Numbered from the stretch's first letter, positions 12,238-24,600 are shown. The stretch is 64,000 nt of DNA from Octopus vulgaris (GCA_951406725.2 OX597814.1:143530001-143594000); one strand, 5' to 3'. Notes: generated by a model not told the origin, from the sequence alone. Made by a program: numbers and translations.

Positions 12238-13099
12238 AATATTGTTTAGGTACTTGACTCATACCTTCTTGAAAAATAGTAACACAAAACTGCTATGTAG
12301 GTAGGTACTTCAAATAAAAATATAGTTATATTAAATTACATTTTTCAATTACTTCTAATTTCGTATTAAGTTAAATTTTCAAACATCAATTAGATACAAA
12401 TGTTTATAATGTATAAGAGTAAATAAAAATACATATTAATTTTATAATCCTAAATCGACTTTTCATTGCACGAACAAATGTTTGTTTATTTGGTTGCTCA
12501 CTGGTTCTAAAAATATACTACCAATTTAACTAAATATAAACGTTTTAATTTTAATAATTTACCTATAATTATGCTAAATACATTTAATAAACAAAATATA
12601 GAAAAAAAAACTTCTTGCCTTCACTTCAATAAACAAATTTAGAACAAAAATTTGTACTCTTGTTTTTTCGTCGACTGACCTTTTTGGCACAAAATGGATT
12701 CAATTAAAAAAATTATACCGTTTGTATCGAAGAAATTGGTGCCAGGTGTAAGGGTAGGTACTGATTGGTTGATAGATGAAATGGTCGCTTTTTGTGAGCT
12801 ACCGACCATGCAGCGAAAAGAATTTTAAGTTTTAGTACGAATTATGTACCACCGCTCATTAAACTGATACAAATAAGTGGTACTTTATTTGTACCACCCA
12901 TCTTGAAAGAGTTAATGCTTGTAATTATCCTAACTCTGTGATATGCACCTAAACGTTGATAGAGGACATCTAGAATATGAAATGCTAAATTTCGATCGTG
13001 TGATTTTTCAAGCCGATTCGTTATATGAAAGAAAAACGTATTCTGGGAATTTGTTTAAAATTACCTTCAAATTTTCAGTAAAATGGCTTTATTAGTGAG

Positions 13100-13305
13100 T
13101 GCGGCGAGTTGGCAGAATCGTTAACAGGCCCAGAGTAGTTAGTAGCGTTTTGTCCGTCTTTACGTTTTCAGTTCAAATCCCACCGAGGTTAACTTTGCCT
13201 TTAATCGTATCGGGTTCAATGAAATAAATGCCAGTTGAGTACTAAGTCGATGTAATTTGATGACTTACCCCTCACTCGAAACTGCTGGCCCTCTACCAAA
13301 ATTTG
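13100..13305 (+). mobile_element. SINE family A, diverged
   Basis: gcggcgagttggcagaatcgtta..gttcaaatcccaccgaggttaactttgcc.. Confidence 0.75.
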
Positions 13306-13900
13306 GTAATTTCATGCGAGTTCTTTCTGTGCTACATGCTTATACGTCCATGTTCCTGAGATGTGTGCAGCATTGTGTTCTTATTTTTGCTGGGATTGGA
13401 GGAGTGTATATTCCTCCTGTTGGTGCACTGCATCAGTTTGTTTTGTTATGAGGTTTCATCTCTTGTTTCATGTTACACTGGTGTGCGTTCTACCGTGTGT
13501 GGTCTGTGTAATCTGAGTTCTGTTGGATTACTGGGACTTAATTCATATATGGTATATGTTGCGTATGTTGTGTTGTTTTAGATTATTAGATGCATGTTGT
13601 ATAGAGTGTTGAGTTATATGAGAAGATTGTTCTATCAGGTTGAGTAAAATGTAAGCAACGTTTTGAACCATGAATAATTTGTACCGGATTTTTTTACAGA
13701 GTTTTGAATTTTTTAAAACATTTTTGTAATTGTCTGATAATACACACACAGACTTCCCCAAATGCATCAATAAATTAACATTGATATTTTTTTCAACGTT
13801 GTTACAATTATTTCAACTTGTTTGTGTGTGTTTGTGCGTTGTTCGAAAAGTTTGGCGTAAGTTGTAATAATTGCGTTTAATTGTTGAATTTGCACTGTTG
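13306..13900 (-). mobile_element. Degenerate L1/Tx1-like LINE fragment, paralogous to 16932-17445
   Basis: Minus translation APTGGIYTPPIPAKIRTQCC, versus NPTTEGFYAPPIPTKIRTQCC in the second copy. Resembles the L1/Tx1 P..GG...P.I motif. Family assignment is weak. Confidence 0.4.
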
Positions 13901-13921
13901 ATTTATTACGTTGATTTATTA

Positions 13922-14311
13922 CTCTCTTTTTCTCTCTTTTACTTGTTTCAGTCATTTGACTGCGGCCATGCTGGAGCACCGCCTTTAGTCGAGCAAATCG
14001 ACCCCGGGACTTATTCATTGTAAGCCCAGTACTTATTCTATCGGTCTCTTTTGCCGAACCGCTAAGTGACGGGGACGTAAACACACCTAGCAATGCTAGG
14101 GGGACAAACACACACACATACATACATATACATATATATACACATATACGATAGGCTTCTTTCAGTTTCCGTCTACCAAATCCACTTCCAAGGCATTGGT
14201 CGGCCCGGGGCTATAGCAGAAGACACTTGCCCAAGATGCCACGCAGTGGGACTGAACCCGGAACCATGTGGTTGGTTAGCAAGCTACTTACCACACAGCC
14301 ACTCCTGCGCC
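13922..14311 (-). mobile_element. SINE family B, full length
   Basis: Head GCGCAGGAGTGGCTGTGTGGTAAG with B-box-like GGTTCAGTCCC, internal (TA/TG)n, tail ending aaacaagtaaaagag. No clear TSD. Confidence 0.9.
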
Positions 14312-14664
14312 TGTTGAACTTTCGTTGGGTAATTTTTAAACACCTATTTTTCTAATTGTGGCAGTCCTTTGTTAACGTTTTCCTCCTTAAGTGAAGGGGG
14401 GAAATATTGTTGTATTCTTAAATAAAAAAAATGAACAAATCACCAATTAAAGCCAGTAGTGAACCTGGTACAAGTGAAGATATTACTAGCGGAGAAGACA
14501 GCACAGTTTTGATTAGCATGTCGACAAGAGAAGAGTTTATGCAAGGAAGAAAAGCTAGCAATTTTGCAGCAGCGGCCGGTGTTTCAAAACAGTCAATAAA
14601 TTGTGGAAGCGATGAGCTCGGAAAATACAATGGTATGATGAAAAGGGAGGGGAGCGAAACTGAT

Positions 14665-14734
14665 ATCAAGTACTAGTGTAGATGTAATCGACTAGTCCTC
14701 TTCCCCAAATTTCAGGCCTTGTGCCGATAGAAGA

Positions 14735-14770
<36 letters not shown>

Positions 14771-15567
14771 CATTTATGCCAGTAGAATCGTTAGCTCGTA
14801 GGACAAAATGCTTAGTGGCATTTCGTCCGTCTTTACGTTCTGAGTTCAGATTCAGCAGAGGTCGAATTTACCTTTTATCCTTCTGAGGTCGGTAAAATAA
14901 GTACCGGACTTACCTCCTACCCTTCCAAAATTTGAAATCTTTATTATTATTCCAACTTTACTTTCTGAGTTCAAATGCCACCGGGGTAGACTTTACCATT
15001 CATCCATTCGGTGTCGATGAAACAAGGGCCAGTTGAGCACTGGCGTCCATATAATCGATTTACCCCCTCTCCCCAAATTTCTGAACTTGTGCCTATATTA
15101 GAAACGATTATTATTATTATTATTATTATTATTAAGAATGCAGGAAGTTGGCAGAAACGCTAGCACGCCGGACGTTAGCTACGCTCTCAGTTCAAATTCC
15201 GCCGAGGTCGACTTTGCTTTATATTATGTCAAGGTCGGTAAATTAAGTACCAGTGAAACACTGGGATCAATTCAATCGACTGGCCCCCTCGCCTCAAATT
15301 TCAGGCCTTGTGCCTATAATAGAAAGGATTATTATCATTATTAAGCTGGCGAGCTGGCAGAATCGTTAGCACGACGGGCAAAATGCTTCGCGGCATTTCG
15401 CCGTCCTTACATTCTGAGTTCAAATTCTCCCGTGGTCGACTTTGTTTTTTATAATGTCGGGGGCGATAAATTAAGCACCAGTGAAACACTGGGAAAGATG
15501 TAATTGATAGGTCCTCTCCCCTCAAATTACAGGCCTTGTGCCTTTAGTAGAAAGGATTATTATTATT
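14665..15567 (+). repeat. Head-to-tail array of ~5 SINE family A units separated by (ATT)n
   Basis: Most units end ..aaatttcaggccttgtgcct(a/t)tagtagaaagg(att)n, with (ATT)n spacers near 14740, 14940, 15110, 15330 and 15555. Confidence 0.85.
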
Positions 15568-15782
15568 ACCTTCGCCTTAGCGAAGGCGGAGTTTTCAGCC
15601 GAGTTTGTTTGTCCGTGGAGAAGATATCTCAAGAATCGCTAGATGGATTCGGGGGATGAAACTTTCAGGAATGTTTGGGGGGTATTGTGTCTGTCTTTGT
15701 AGTGTCTCTTCTGTGTTGTGGCCGTAGTACCAAAATAAAGAAACATTGGCGGAGGTTTGCTCTCTCTGAGTACTCTCTTGTT
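15564..15782 (+). mobile_element. Helentron-associated (HINE/DINE-1-like) non-autonomous element
   Basis: Starts tattaccttcgcc. Subterminal inverted repeat accttcgcc/ggcggaggt, a gtttgtttgtccgt tract, gatggattc..atgaaacttt, and a short 3' stem-loop followed by cttgtt. Confidence 0.65.
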
Positions 15783-16446
15783 ATTGATGTTGTTGTTGTA
15801 AATATGATCATCACGTCCTGTTTGTCTGCTAGTTTGATATAGCATCATAAAAAAGTAAATAATGATTTATTTCTCAAATAAACTCCGTTTTACAACAGTA
15901 AATAAATTAAGAAGTTTTTTCCTTATTTTTCTCTAAAATAGTTATTGTGATATACCATAATAAAAAGAGTAAATATGTTGTCTCTCACATAAACACCAAA
16001 TAATACTTTAAAGACCGCTATTTAACATTATTCGACGTAGCATAATAAAATATTGACTAAGTTACAATTTTTTTCGAATAACCTCGTTCTTTAAACTATA
16101 AATATATATTTTTTAAGGTCGAGTTTCAAATTTTCCCCTAAGATATTACAAAATTCTGTATTCTGATTTTTAGGTCGTTTGCAGTCGATCCTGGCACATT
16201 CTATCACCTCAGGTTCGACATTACAGACATACATACATAATACAGGCAGACAGACAGACAAACAGATATTTGTATAAGCACATGACATCTGTGTATATAA
16301 GTATGAGGAGTATTTTATTGTAATTGGATCTACTGATGTTACAACGAAATGAATTAGATCATTCACTCTGTTGATATTCATGATTTTTACAAAATGATTT
16401 TTAGTGGTCCTAATATGTGTAGCTTATCATTTTTATTATTATATGA

Positions 16447-16916
16447 AGGCGGCGAGCTGCCACGCCAGGAAAAATACTTACCGCCATTTCGTCCATTTTT
16501 ACGTTCTGAGTGCAAATGTTGCTGGGGTTGACTTTGCCTTTCATTCTTTCGGGAGTCGATGAAATTAGCACCAGTCACTCACTGGGGTCGACGTAATTGA
16601 CTTACATCTCCACCAAAATTTCAAGCCTTCTGCCTATAGTAGAAAAGATTATTATTATTATTATCATTATTATTATTATTATTATAATATGAAGGTAGCG
16701 TGCTGGCTGAATAGTTAGCACACCGAGAAAAATGCTTAGAGGTATCTTGTCTGTCTTTGCCTTTCTGAGTTCCAATTCCGCCGAGATCGACTTCACATTC
16801 CATCTTTTCGAAGTCATAAAATAATAACCAGTTGAGCAGTGGGATCGTTGTAATCGACTCACTCACTCCACCGAAATTGCTGGTCTTGTGCTAAGATTTG
16901 AAACCATTATTATTAC
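16447..16916 (+). repeat. Two tandem SINE family A units with (ATT)n spacer
   Basis: Heads at 16447 and 16692, (ATT)n at 16648-16685. Confidence 0.85.
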
Positions 16917-16931
16917 TACAAGGTTTTCTTT

Positions 16932-17445
16932 CGTAATTTCATGAGTATTTCCACTGCATCATCTGACACGCGCCTATGTTACTGAACTGAGTGCAGCATT
17001 GGGTTCTTATTTTTGTTGGGATTGGAGGAGCGTAAAATCCTTCTGTTGTTGGGTTTAATTTCTTGTTGCATAAGTGAATGTTCTGCTGTATGGACGAGGG
17101 ATCCCCGAACCAAAGCAGTCTTCCGAGCACGCAGACGGACACACCGTGCTCCATCTTCTCATATTGGGAGAAATAGGTTAGTCGATTACATCGGCCTCAG
17201 TACTCAATTGGTATTACTTGTCCATGTGTAACTTAAGCAGATGTTTATGTTGATGTATGTTCAGCAATTTCCTGTACTCTATTCTTTTTATTGTATCTCC
17301 AGAACGCTTCTTAATCTTAACTCTGGTCCACCCACTGCGAATTATGGGCTAACGGTGAATTTATTTCTTATGACAAGGGTTTTATTTATTCATTTTTTTT
17401 ACGTCTTTCTAAGTGGACTTCTGTGGTTTTTCATCATTCTATAGG
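16932..17445 (-). mobile_element. Degenerate L1/Tx1-like LINE fragment
   Basis: Paralogous to 13306-13900. IKTLVI.. and FWRYNKK.. resemble post-RT L1 motifs. Confidence 0.4.
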
Positions 17446-17454
17446 ATTTCAGTT

Positions 17455-17785
17455 CTGAGTGGTTAGGAAGCTCATCTTGCGTTCTTGTGGTTTCGGGTTC
17501 AATCTCATAGCGCGCAGCACCTTAAACAAATGTCTTATACAATAGCATAGAGTCGTCTAATACTTTGTGAGTGAATTTGGGTAGACGGAAATTTTTTGGA
17601 AGCCCGTCATGCGTATACATACAGATATGAGTATGTGTGTGTTTACACCAAAAGAGACCAATAGAATAAGTACCAGTATTAAAAGTCCTGAAATCGATTT
17701 CTTCCTTTCGGGGTCGATAAATTAAGTACCAGTCAAGCACTGGGGTCGATGTAATCGACTTGCCACCTCTTTTAAAATTTGAGAA
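17455..17785 (+). mobile_element. SINE B fragment joined to SINE A core
   Basis: B-type ttgtgagtgaatttgggtagacggaaa..agagaccaatagaataagtacc is followed by A-type cctttcggggtcgataaattaagtaccag. Confidence 0.7.
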
Positions 17786-18703
17786 TTGGTAGAGACTCGA
17801 ACGAACAAATTACTTTTTGCTATTCATTCCGGCCCTTTACGTTGGTGAGTTCAAAATTTATCGAGGTCACCTTTGCCTTTTATCTTTTATGGGCCGATAA
17901 AATAAAATATCCTTCGTGAACTTATGGCATGTTATAATCGACTTCGTCTAATCCACACTTTTAATCTTATACATGTGTAAGAAATTCTTCTTATTTCGTT
18001 ATAAACTCATTATTTGCCTATATGGAAGACATGCACAAGAGGATATATTCACATTCATACCTATAATGGAAAATACCCGCGGATATATTCATTCATACAT
18101 ACATATGCAGACACTAACACCAATTATGCAGCTGGATTTGTTAAAATAACAGTAACCATATAGGTGCCACTGGCTATATAAAAGTTTATGAAGAATGGAA
18201 GACTTATGCCAAGACTTAGGATATTACTATTATTGTTTAACAGATTTGAAGAAGAAATGCTTTTAAAGCTGTAATATGCAACTTAAAATACAGAGACATT
18301 AATAAAACGCGTTTCTTTCATAGAAATTCATTCACACTGAAGGTAAAGAAAAGGTTTAAAAAATATAATAATAACGTTCAATGTCACAATATACGTTTTT
18401 TTAAGAAGATTCACATGTATTTTGAAATAAAATATCAGACAATTTGGCAAATAGCAGGTGATAAAGGAACTCTTACAAATAGCTTCGATGTAACAGTAAT
18501 GGAATTATATTATATAACAGAGTAAAAATTAATGAATAAGCAAAAAAAATCTAAGTAATCACAAAGTCTCTGGAACTCACTGCTGATATAAATCATGGTA
18601 TAAGTTTTTCCGTTGATTTCTGAAATCAATATTTTAGTTTGGTAAAGAAAAATTGCAAAACACCGAATTTATAGAAATATATTCTCATACACAGATATAC
18701 GTA

Positions 18704-19372
18704 TCAGGTCATCCCATAAGTTCTGTCCGAATTGTGAATAAAGAAAACAAGTGATCAAATGTTATATTTAATTGAAATTTAATCACCAATGCACTTTTCC
18801 TGATTATCTATGACTTACTTCCATCTATTTACAAGCTTTTTAATCCCGTCAATGTAAAACTCCTTTCGTTTCAAAGTGAAGAACTCTGAAATGTCAGTTT
18901 CGACCTCCCACGGGCTTGCGAAAGTTATGTCCCCCAAATGATTCTGTAAACTACGAAACAAACGGTAGTCTAAAGAAGCAAGGTCGGGAGAATAAGGTGG
19001 GTGAGGAATTTTTTCCCATCCAAACTCTTCGATCTTCTGTGATGTGATCTTTGCAGTGTGGAGTCACACATTGTCCTGATGAAACATCACTCCTTTTCAA
19101 TTCACTAAAGCGGGTCTTTTTTTCTTCAAAGCTTGGCTAAAACGCTCTAACTGCTGACAGTAAACTTGAGCATTTATTGTTGCATTAGGTGGTAACAATT
19201 CAAAATGAATTACTCCTTTGCAATCCCACCAGATTGAGAGAGAAACCTTTTCCCCATGAAGTTCCCTTCTCGGTTGTGGTTGAGCTTTTTCCTTTTTATC
19301 AAGCCACTGTTTACGACATTTAACATTTCGATAGAAGATCCATTTTTTGTCACCAGTCACAAGTCTATCCAA
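18704..19372 (-). pseudogene. Mariner (DD34D) transposase 3' half with TIR
   Basis: LVTGDKKWIFY..IWWDCKGVIHFELL..TINAQVYCQQL, then FHQDN and HPPYSPDLASLDYRLFRSLQ. TA plus TIR tcaggtcatcccataagttctgtccg at 18702-18730. The 5' side is cut by a SINE A fragment. Confidence 0.92.
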
Positions 19373-19530
19373 ATTGACCCCAGTGTGTAACTGGTACTTA
19401 TTTAGTCGACCCCGAAAGGATGAAAGGCTAAGCCGACCTCGGCGGAATTTGAACTCAGAACATAACGGCAGACGAAATACTGCTAAGCATTTCGCCCGGC
19501 GTGCTAACGATTCTGCCAGATTGCTACCTT
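19373..19530 (-). mobile_element. SINE family A (5' part)
   Basis: Core and head match other copies. Confidence 0.85.
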
Positions 19531-19624
19531 CTTCGCGACCATAATAATGATATGCCCTGTCTAATGCAAGTCTGCATCAAGTCTGTCAACACAGTTTCTC
19601 ATAAAGAATCTTGCAAATCTTTTT

Positions 19625-20180
19625 TTACTTGTTTCTGTCATTAGACTGCGGCCATGTTGGGGCACCCTCTTGGGGAATTTTAGTCGAACGAATCGACCAC
19701 AGTACTTTTTAAGAGGTTGACACATTCGATTGGTCTCGTTTACGGGGAAGTAAACACAGACATCAGCATGCACGCGCGCGCACACACCAGCACACCTCCC
19801 CCATATATATATATATATATATATATATTCTGTTGTGTCTGGGGAGAGTAATTTTCTTTTTGTGCCTTACAATGAAAGTTTACCGGTGAGTGTGTTACAT
19901 TATAAGGCACAAAAAGAAAGTGACTCTCCCAAGACACAACAGAATATGCTTCAACACACGAACTCATATAAAGAATCTTGCAAACCAAATCCAAAAACGA
20001 AATATATATATATACACACATACACACGACGGACTTCTTTCAGTTTCTATCAAATCTACTCAAGTGCCTCCCACAATACTCTGATTTTATAATTGTAGAG
20101 CCTTGCTCAAGGCGCCACGCAGTGGGATTGAACCTGAAACCAGGTGGTTGAGAAACTAACTTCTTACCACACCTGCGCCC
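19625..20180 (-). mobile_element. SINE family B with a ~120-bp palindromic insert (19825-19947) in its internal microsatellite
   Basis: Tail at 19625-19690 and head at 20030-20180. Insert arms tattctgttgtgtctggggagagt..gtgcctta and taaggcac..actctcccaagacacaacagaata. Confidence 0.8.
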
Positions 20181-21867
20181 ATGTTGTCATGATAATTTGA
20201 TAAATTCAATTTTATTAAGATATATATATAAATGTACAGATAAATACTAAAGCATAACAGAAACTGAAATTGCGTTTGTAATAATGTTTCACTGGAGTTA
20301 CAGCAGCAAATGCAAAAGCAACAAAAATATATCGAGAAAAAATACATAGTGGCTGCATATGGAATAACATGGAGCTGTTGTATTCTTTAATTTTATCCAA
20401 TGCTTCCATGAAGAAATAACTTTGAATAAATGAACGCATTAATATTTTTAAATAAAAATAATGTTTGCATATTGTTTCTATAATCGGCTTGTTGGACATC
20501 AGAGGAATTAGGAATAGAACGTTTCAAGCAGTCATCGGTAAAACTAAAAATACATGTTTTCAACTAAAAATAAATGACCAAAAAGAGAAAGAGATGAAAA
20601 TGAAAAACTATAAGGGAAAAATATTTTAGAAAATATTAAAAAACAAGTAGCAATTAGATGGTCAAATAAATTGAATTTAAAATGCGAAATTTAAAATATA
20701 AAAAGCAGTTCGACGAATATATAGCTAGTAGTAAATATTTAAATAATCCTGGCCATAATTTAAACGTTATTCATGGCTTTCGAAATTAGAAACTGGCTGA
20801 GATTTAATATCCTAATGCAAACTTTACGCATGAGAAAATTATTTTACATTTTTGTGCTTGTACTTGCTTTTGGAAGGCATATTTCCACAAATTTTGGTGC
20901 TATTTACAGATTTACTAAAATTCGCCATGGAAGTTGTTCTGCCAAACGATCATTCCTTGTTGTGAGTGTGTATGTGTGTGTGTTGTCCTTATCTTTCATT
21001 CATTTGTCTTTTATCTTTTACTTGTTTCAGTCATTAGATTGCGGCTATGCTGGGGCACCACCTTGGCGAATTTTAGTCGAACGAATCTCTCCAGGTACCT
21101 ATTTTTTATATTTATTACTAATTTTTTTCTAAACCTGGTATTTATTCATCAAGTCTCTTTTGCCGAACCACCAAGTTACGTGGACGTAAACATATCAACA
21201 CAAGTTCTCAAATGGTGGTGGGGTACACACACACACACCATACATATATCTATAATATAAATTGGACATGGGCGATCGTTGTGTTCTTTCTTGTCTTGAG
21301 GTTCAAAGTCAAATGGCTGGGTGGATTCGCGTGAAAAATGGCACACATATGGAGACGGGTGCATAAATTGAAATGCGGTTTCTATTTGTTTCGTAGCTCC
21401 CATACTTATCGAGAAAATCGATTAAAATTTTTACTAATTGAATTCTCCTGTTTGTTCTGCCATTAAAATAACCAGTTGCTCATACAGCCGGCATATACCA
21501 TTTCGCTAGCAGCAAGGGGAGTACAGGATGACAGTCAGCCAAAACTTTCGCTCTCTTCTTTCACCTCTTTGTGGGGTTAATAATCTTAATCTTTAGTTAC
21601 AGTTTCTCATTAAAACTACATAATAGACAGAATTGACGGATTAAGACAATAGGGTGTTTTGAGGGAGATTTGGCTGCTATTTTTACCAGGTCTAGCTACT
21701 ATGTACAGGTCTGAACTTAATTTTCATTCACATGTGCCTAACCGAAAACGATCACAGCCACATCATCCAAACAGTCCGGGTGAAACCGAGCTTAGCTGCT
21801 AGTACATTATAAATATAAATATATATATATAGAGTAAGTGGAATAAGAGCACACACGAAAACGAAAG

Positions 21868-21912
21868 TGTCGCTGAAGTGGTCACAGGTGTGTGACGAAA
21901 GATTTCCGGACA
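21868..21912 (+). ncRNA. Degenerate hammerhead-like motif in (TA)n-flanked element
   Basis: UGUCG CUGAAGU G-GUCAC-aggugu-GUGAC GAAA G-au-U UC CGGACA. 5-bp stem II, with A9 replaced by U. Confidence 0.5.
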
Positions 21913-22016
21913 ATGGACATGAGTTAAAATAATAAAATAAGAACAGTAATAAACGTGTGACGAAAAAATATATAGTGTGTGTGTTTATTTGGCAAAAAAT
22001 ATTACCATCCCGAAAT

Positions 22017-22075
<59 letters not shown>

Positions 22076-22553
22076 ATACAATGGACTTCTTTCAGTTACC
22101 GCCTACCAAATCCGCTCACAAAGCCTTGGTCAGCTCGAGGCTATAGTAAAAAAACATTTCACCAAAGTTCCACGCAGTAGGACTGAACCCGTATTTATGT
22201 GGTTCGGAAGCAAACTTCTTTATTTCTTTTAAATTTCCATAAAGGCATTACATAGAGGGGGACACTACAACACATGTGGGGACATATAACAATTGAAATA
22301 AAAATATGATGCTATGAATGACACTTGAAAATGAACACGAAAAAGCATTAAAATCAAAATATCAAAATAATGATACATGAATAATAAATGAGAAATGAGA
22401 ATATGAAAAGTGTGTTACTCACCCCACACTGAGTAACACCACTCGCCACCTCTGAGTCCTGAGTCCTCTTTAGTCTTTGATCTAGTCTTTCGTTTACCGT
22501 TTTCCTCATCGCTGAGTGACAACACTCTCTCCTCCATGTACACGTAACCTTTT

Positions 22554-23093
22554 TCACCGCGAGAGAGGTCTTGTAAATTTTTTCTGTGGGGAGAGGGGGT
22601 GGGTGGGTTTGGTGTATCTATGGGGACGGTGGGTCTGAGTGGTCTTCGTTGGGATGGAGTTGGTCTGGGGTGCCACATTACACTGACTGTTTTTCCTCTT
22701 CTTTCTGTTTTTCCTTTTATTCTCTGTCACTATCCATTCATCCTCCTTGTTCCTTTCATCCATCTGTACTTCCTTCTCCTTCTCCACCACTATTTCTTCT
22801 GTCGTTTTCCTCTGAAGAGAGCAGTGCGCTCTATGGCCACATTTAAAACATCGTGGGATTCTGCCCTCCGCCCAAACTCTCAACACAATCTCTCCCAACG
22901 TCACCGTCTCCGCCAAACTCTCCAAATGCCTCTCCTCTGACTGTATAATGAGGTCCAGTGTTTTTCCTCTCCATTCCCCGTCCTCCGTTTCTGTTGCTTG
23001 GAGAGCAACCATCTCCTCCTCACTTCCAACGAGGACGGCTGCGGCAACCCATGCCACTTCCGGAAGCAAATCTCTTACCACACAGCGCGCCAC
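22554..23093 (-). mobile_element. Tx1/L1-type ORF1 (gag-like) fragment with degenerate zinc knuckle
   Basis: ETVTLGEIVLRVWAEGRIPRCFKCGHRAHC followed by a charged region and W..V..KRK. The CCHC spacing is shortened. Confidence 0.65.
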
Positions 23094-23104
23094 AGTCTTT
23101 AAGT

Positions 23105-23310
23105 GTTTTATTTTATTTATTTTTTATTTTATCTAGTTTCAGCTCACGAGATGTGGCCATGCTGGGGCACCGCCATTTAAAGAGTCAGCCGGAGCCGCGT
23201 GGAGCTTAGGTGTTTCGCTCATAAACACACACATCGCCCGGTCAGAGATTCGAACCCGCGATCCCTTGACCGCGAGTCCGCTGCTCTAACCACTAGGCCA
23301 TGTGTCTCCT
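23105..23310 (-). mobile_element. Short SINE family C (tRNA-derived head) with CR1-type tail
   Basis: Head GGAGACACATGGCCTAGTGGTTAGAGCAGCGGACTCGCGGTC..GGTTCGAATC (A and B boxes) is joined to ggcggtgccccagcatggcca..gagctgaaac and an A-rich tail. Confidence 0.8.
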
Positions 23311-23371
23311 TATTTATTTATTTTTCCTCCTTTTCTTTCTCTCTGCCAGCTCGCCGCCTTAAAAACAACAA

Positions 23372-24600
23372 TCTTATTATAATGTGCGTTATGTCCGTCT
23401 GTGTGTCCCTCTGTCCGTCTGCCTCTCTGTTCACTCTTCACGGTCAAACCGCTGGACAGCTGGACCAATGGTCATGATGTTTTTTCGGAATTATGAAAGA
23501 GGAAGTCAGAAAGGTTTTTAGCGAAAAAAATGTGAAAAAGTATGATTATTTAGTGGATATTGAATTTTATATTAATAAATCACCTTTGATTATTTTTTTG
23601 TTAAAATTCCGGCAACGAGGATTAACTCTGGATCCCCCACCACCCGCTCCGTATAATTTGTGAATTTAGAGAGTTTAGATGTGCGATACTACCTCTTCAT
23701 TTTCCATCGTAGATGAGCAGATTTGCAATCTTACTATAATGGGAGTTATGTCCGTTTGTCTGTCCATCTGTCCTTCTCTTTACCTGTTCCCTCCTCACGG
23801 CCAGACGGCAGGACCAATGGTTACCATATTTTTCGGGATTACAAAGACCGTCGTCAGAAAGGGTTTTAGCAATAAAAAAGCAGAAAGTATCATTATTTCG
23901 TGGATATCGATTTTTGAATGATAAACTACCTTCGCATTTTTTTATTAAAAATTCACCGACTACGAGTAATTCCGGATTTTCATCGTATAGTTTGTTGCCC
24001 CATCGTAGATAAGAAGGGGGTCGCAAGGACGGTTAATAGCGAAAATAAACTGGAAAAAATTTGTTAATATACAATGTGTGTGATTATTTAGTGGTTATTG
24101 AAGTGTGATTATTTAGTGGTTTAGTGTGATTATTTAGTGTTTTTTGAAGTGTCAGTCTCGAGCATGATTCGAAACGGCTAATTGAAGCAACTGTTTTTTA
24201 CATCTCAGTTTTGTCAATCAAAATAGTCCATGGTACCAGAACATTCAGACATTATTCGCATTGAACAGTGAAAGGTAAGTTTTAGTTTGATTTTTTGCAA
24301 CCCTAAAATTTCCGCTCACGCATTCACAGCAAACTAGGTGTATTTTTCTCCCAATCCGATGTTTACACACGGCCAGTTATACGTCTTAATGAGTAGAGCA
24401 AGAAACTCCAGTAATTTGAAAATTAGTGTCGACCAAACGGAAAATATCGTCTAGAGAAAATTTTGTAATCATACTGATATTATCGAAAGGAATATGATTC
24501 GTAATTTAAATAAGGAAATTTGTGAACTCTGAATGTATAATAGTATAAGCAAGCTTAAAATAACAACTAAAATAAAAGTATATCTAAATAAATTTGTTTC
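23372..24600 (+). mobile_element. Internally deleted Helitron with duplicated 5' end and PIF1 helicase C-terminal remnant
   Basis: Two diverged 5' units a|TCtta(t/c)tataat..tgtccgtctg..cacgg.ca.ac at 23372 and 23729. 24356-24468 translates PMFTHGQLYVLMSRARNSSNLKI..TENIV*, the Helitron helicase HGQLYVA.SR motif. The 3' end is not located. Confidence 0.8.

Larger units (their letters stand above)
10060..12911 (-). mobile_element. piggyBac element extent (one terminus seen)
   Basis: Candidate 5' terminus ..gtggtactttatttgtaccacccatcttgaaagag|TTAA (TTAA at 12912-12915). The motif atttgtaccacc recurs near 10066. No matching left TTAA/TIR found. Confidence 0.5.

Noticed and set aside
14431-14676. 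81-aa ORF with plausible composition
   Set aside because: No recognisable domain or splice context and it ends inside a SINE fragment. It cannot be supported as a gene.
14665-15567. Repeat-spacer appearance suggesting a CRISPR-like array
   Set aside because: Units are ~200-bp SINE copies found dispersed elsewhere in a eukaryotic context, with no cas genes.
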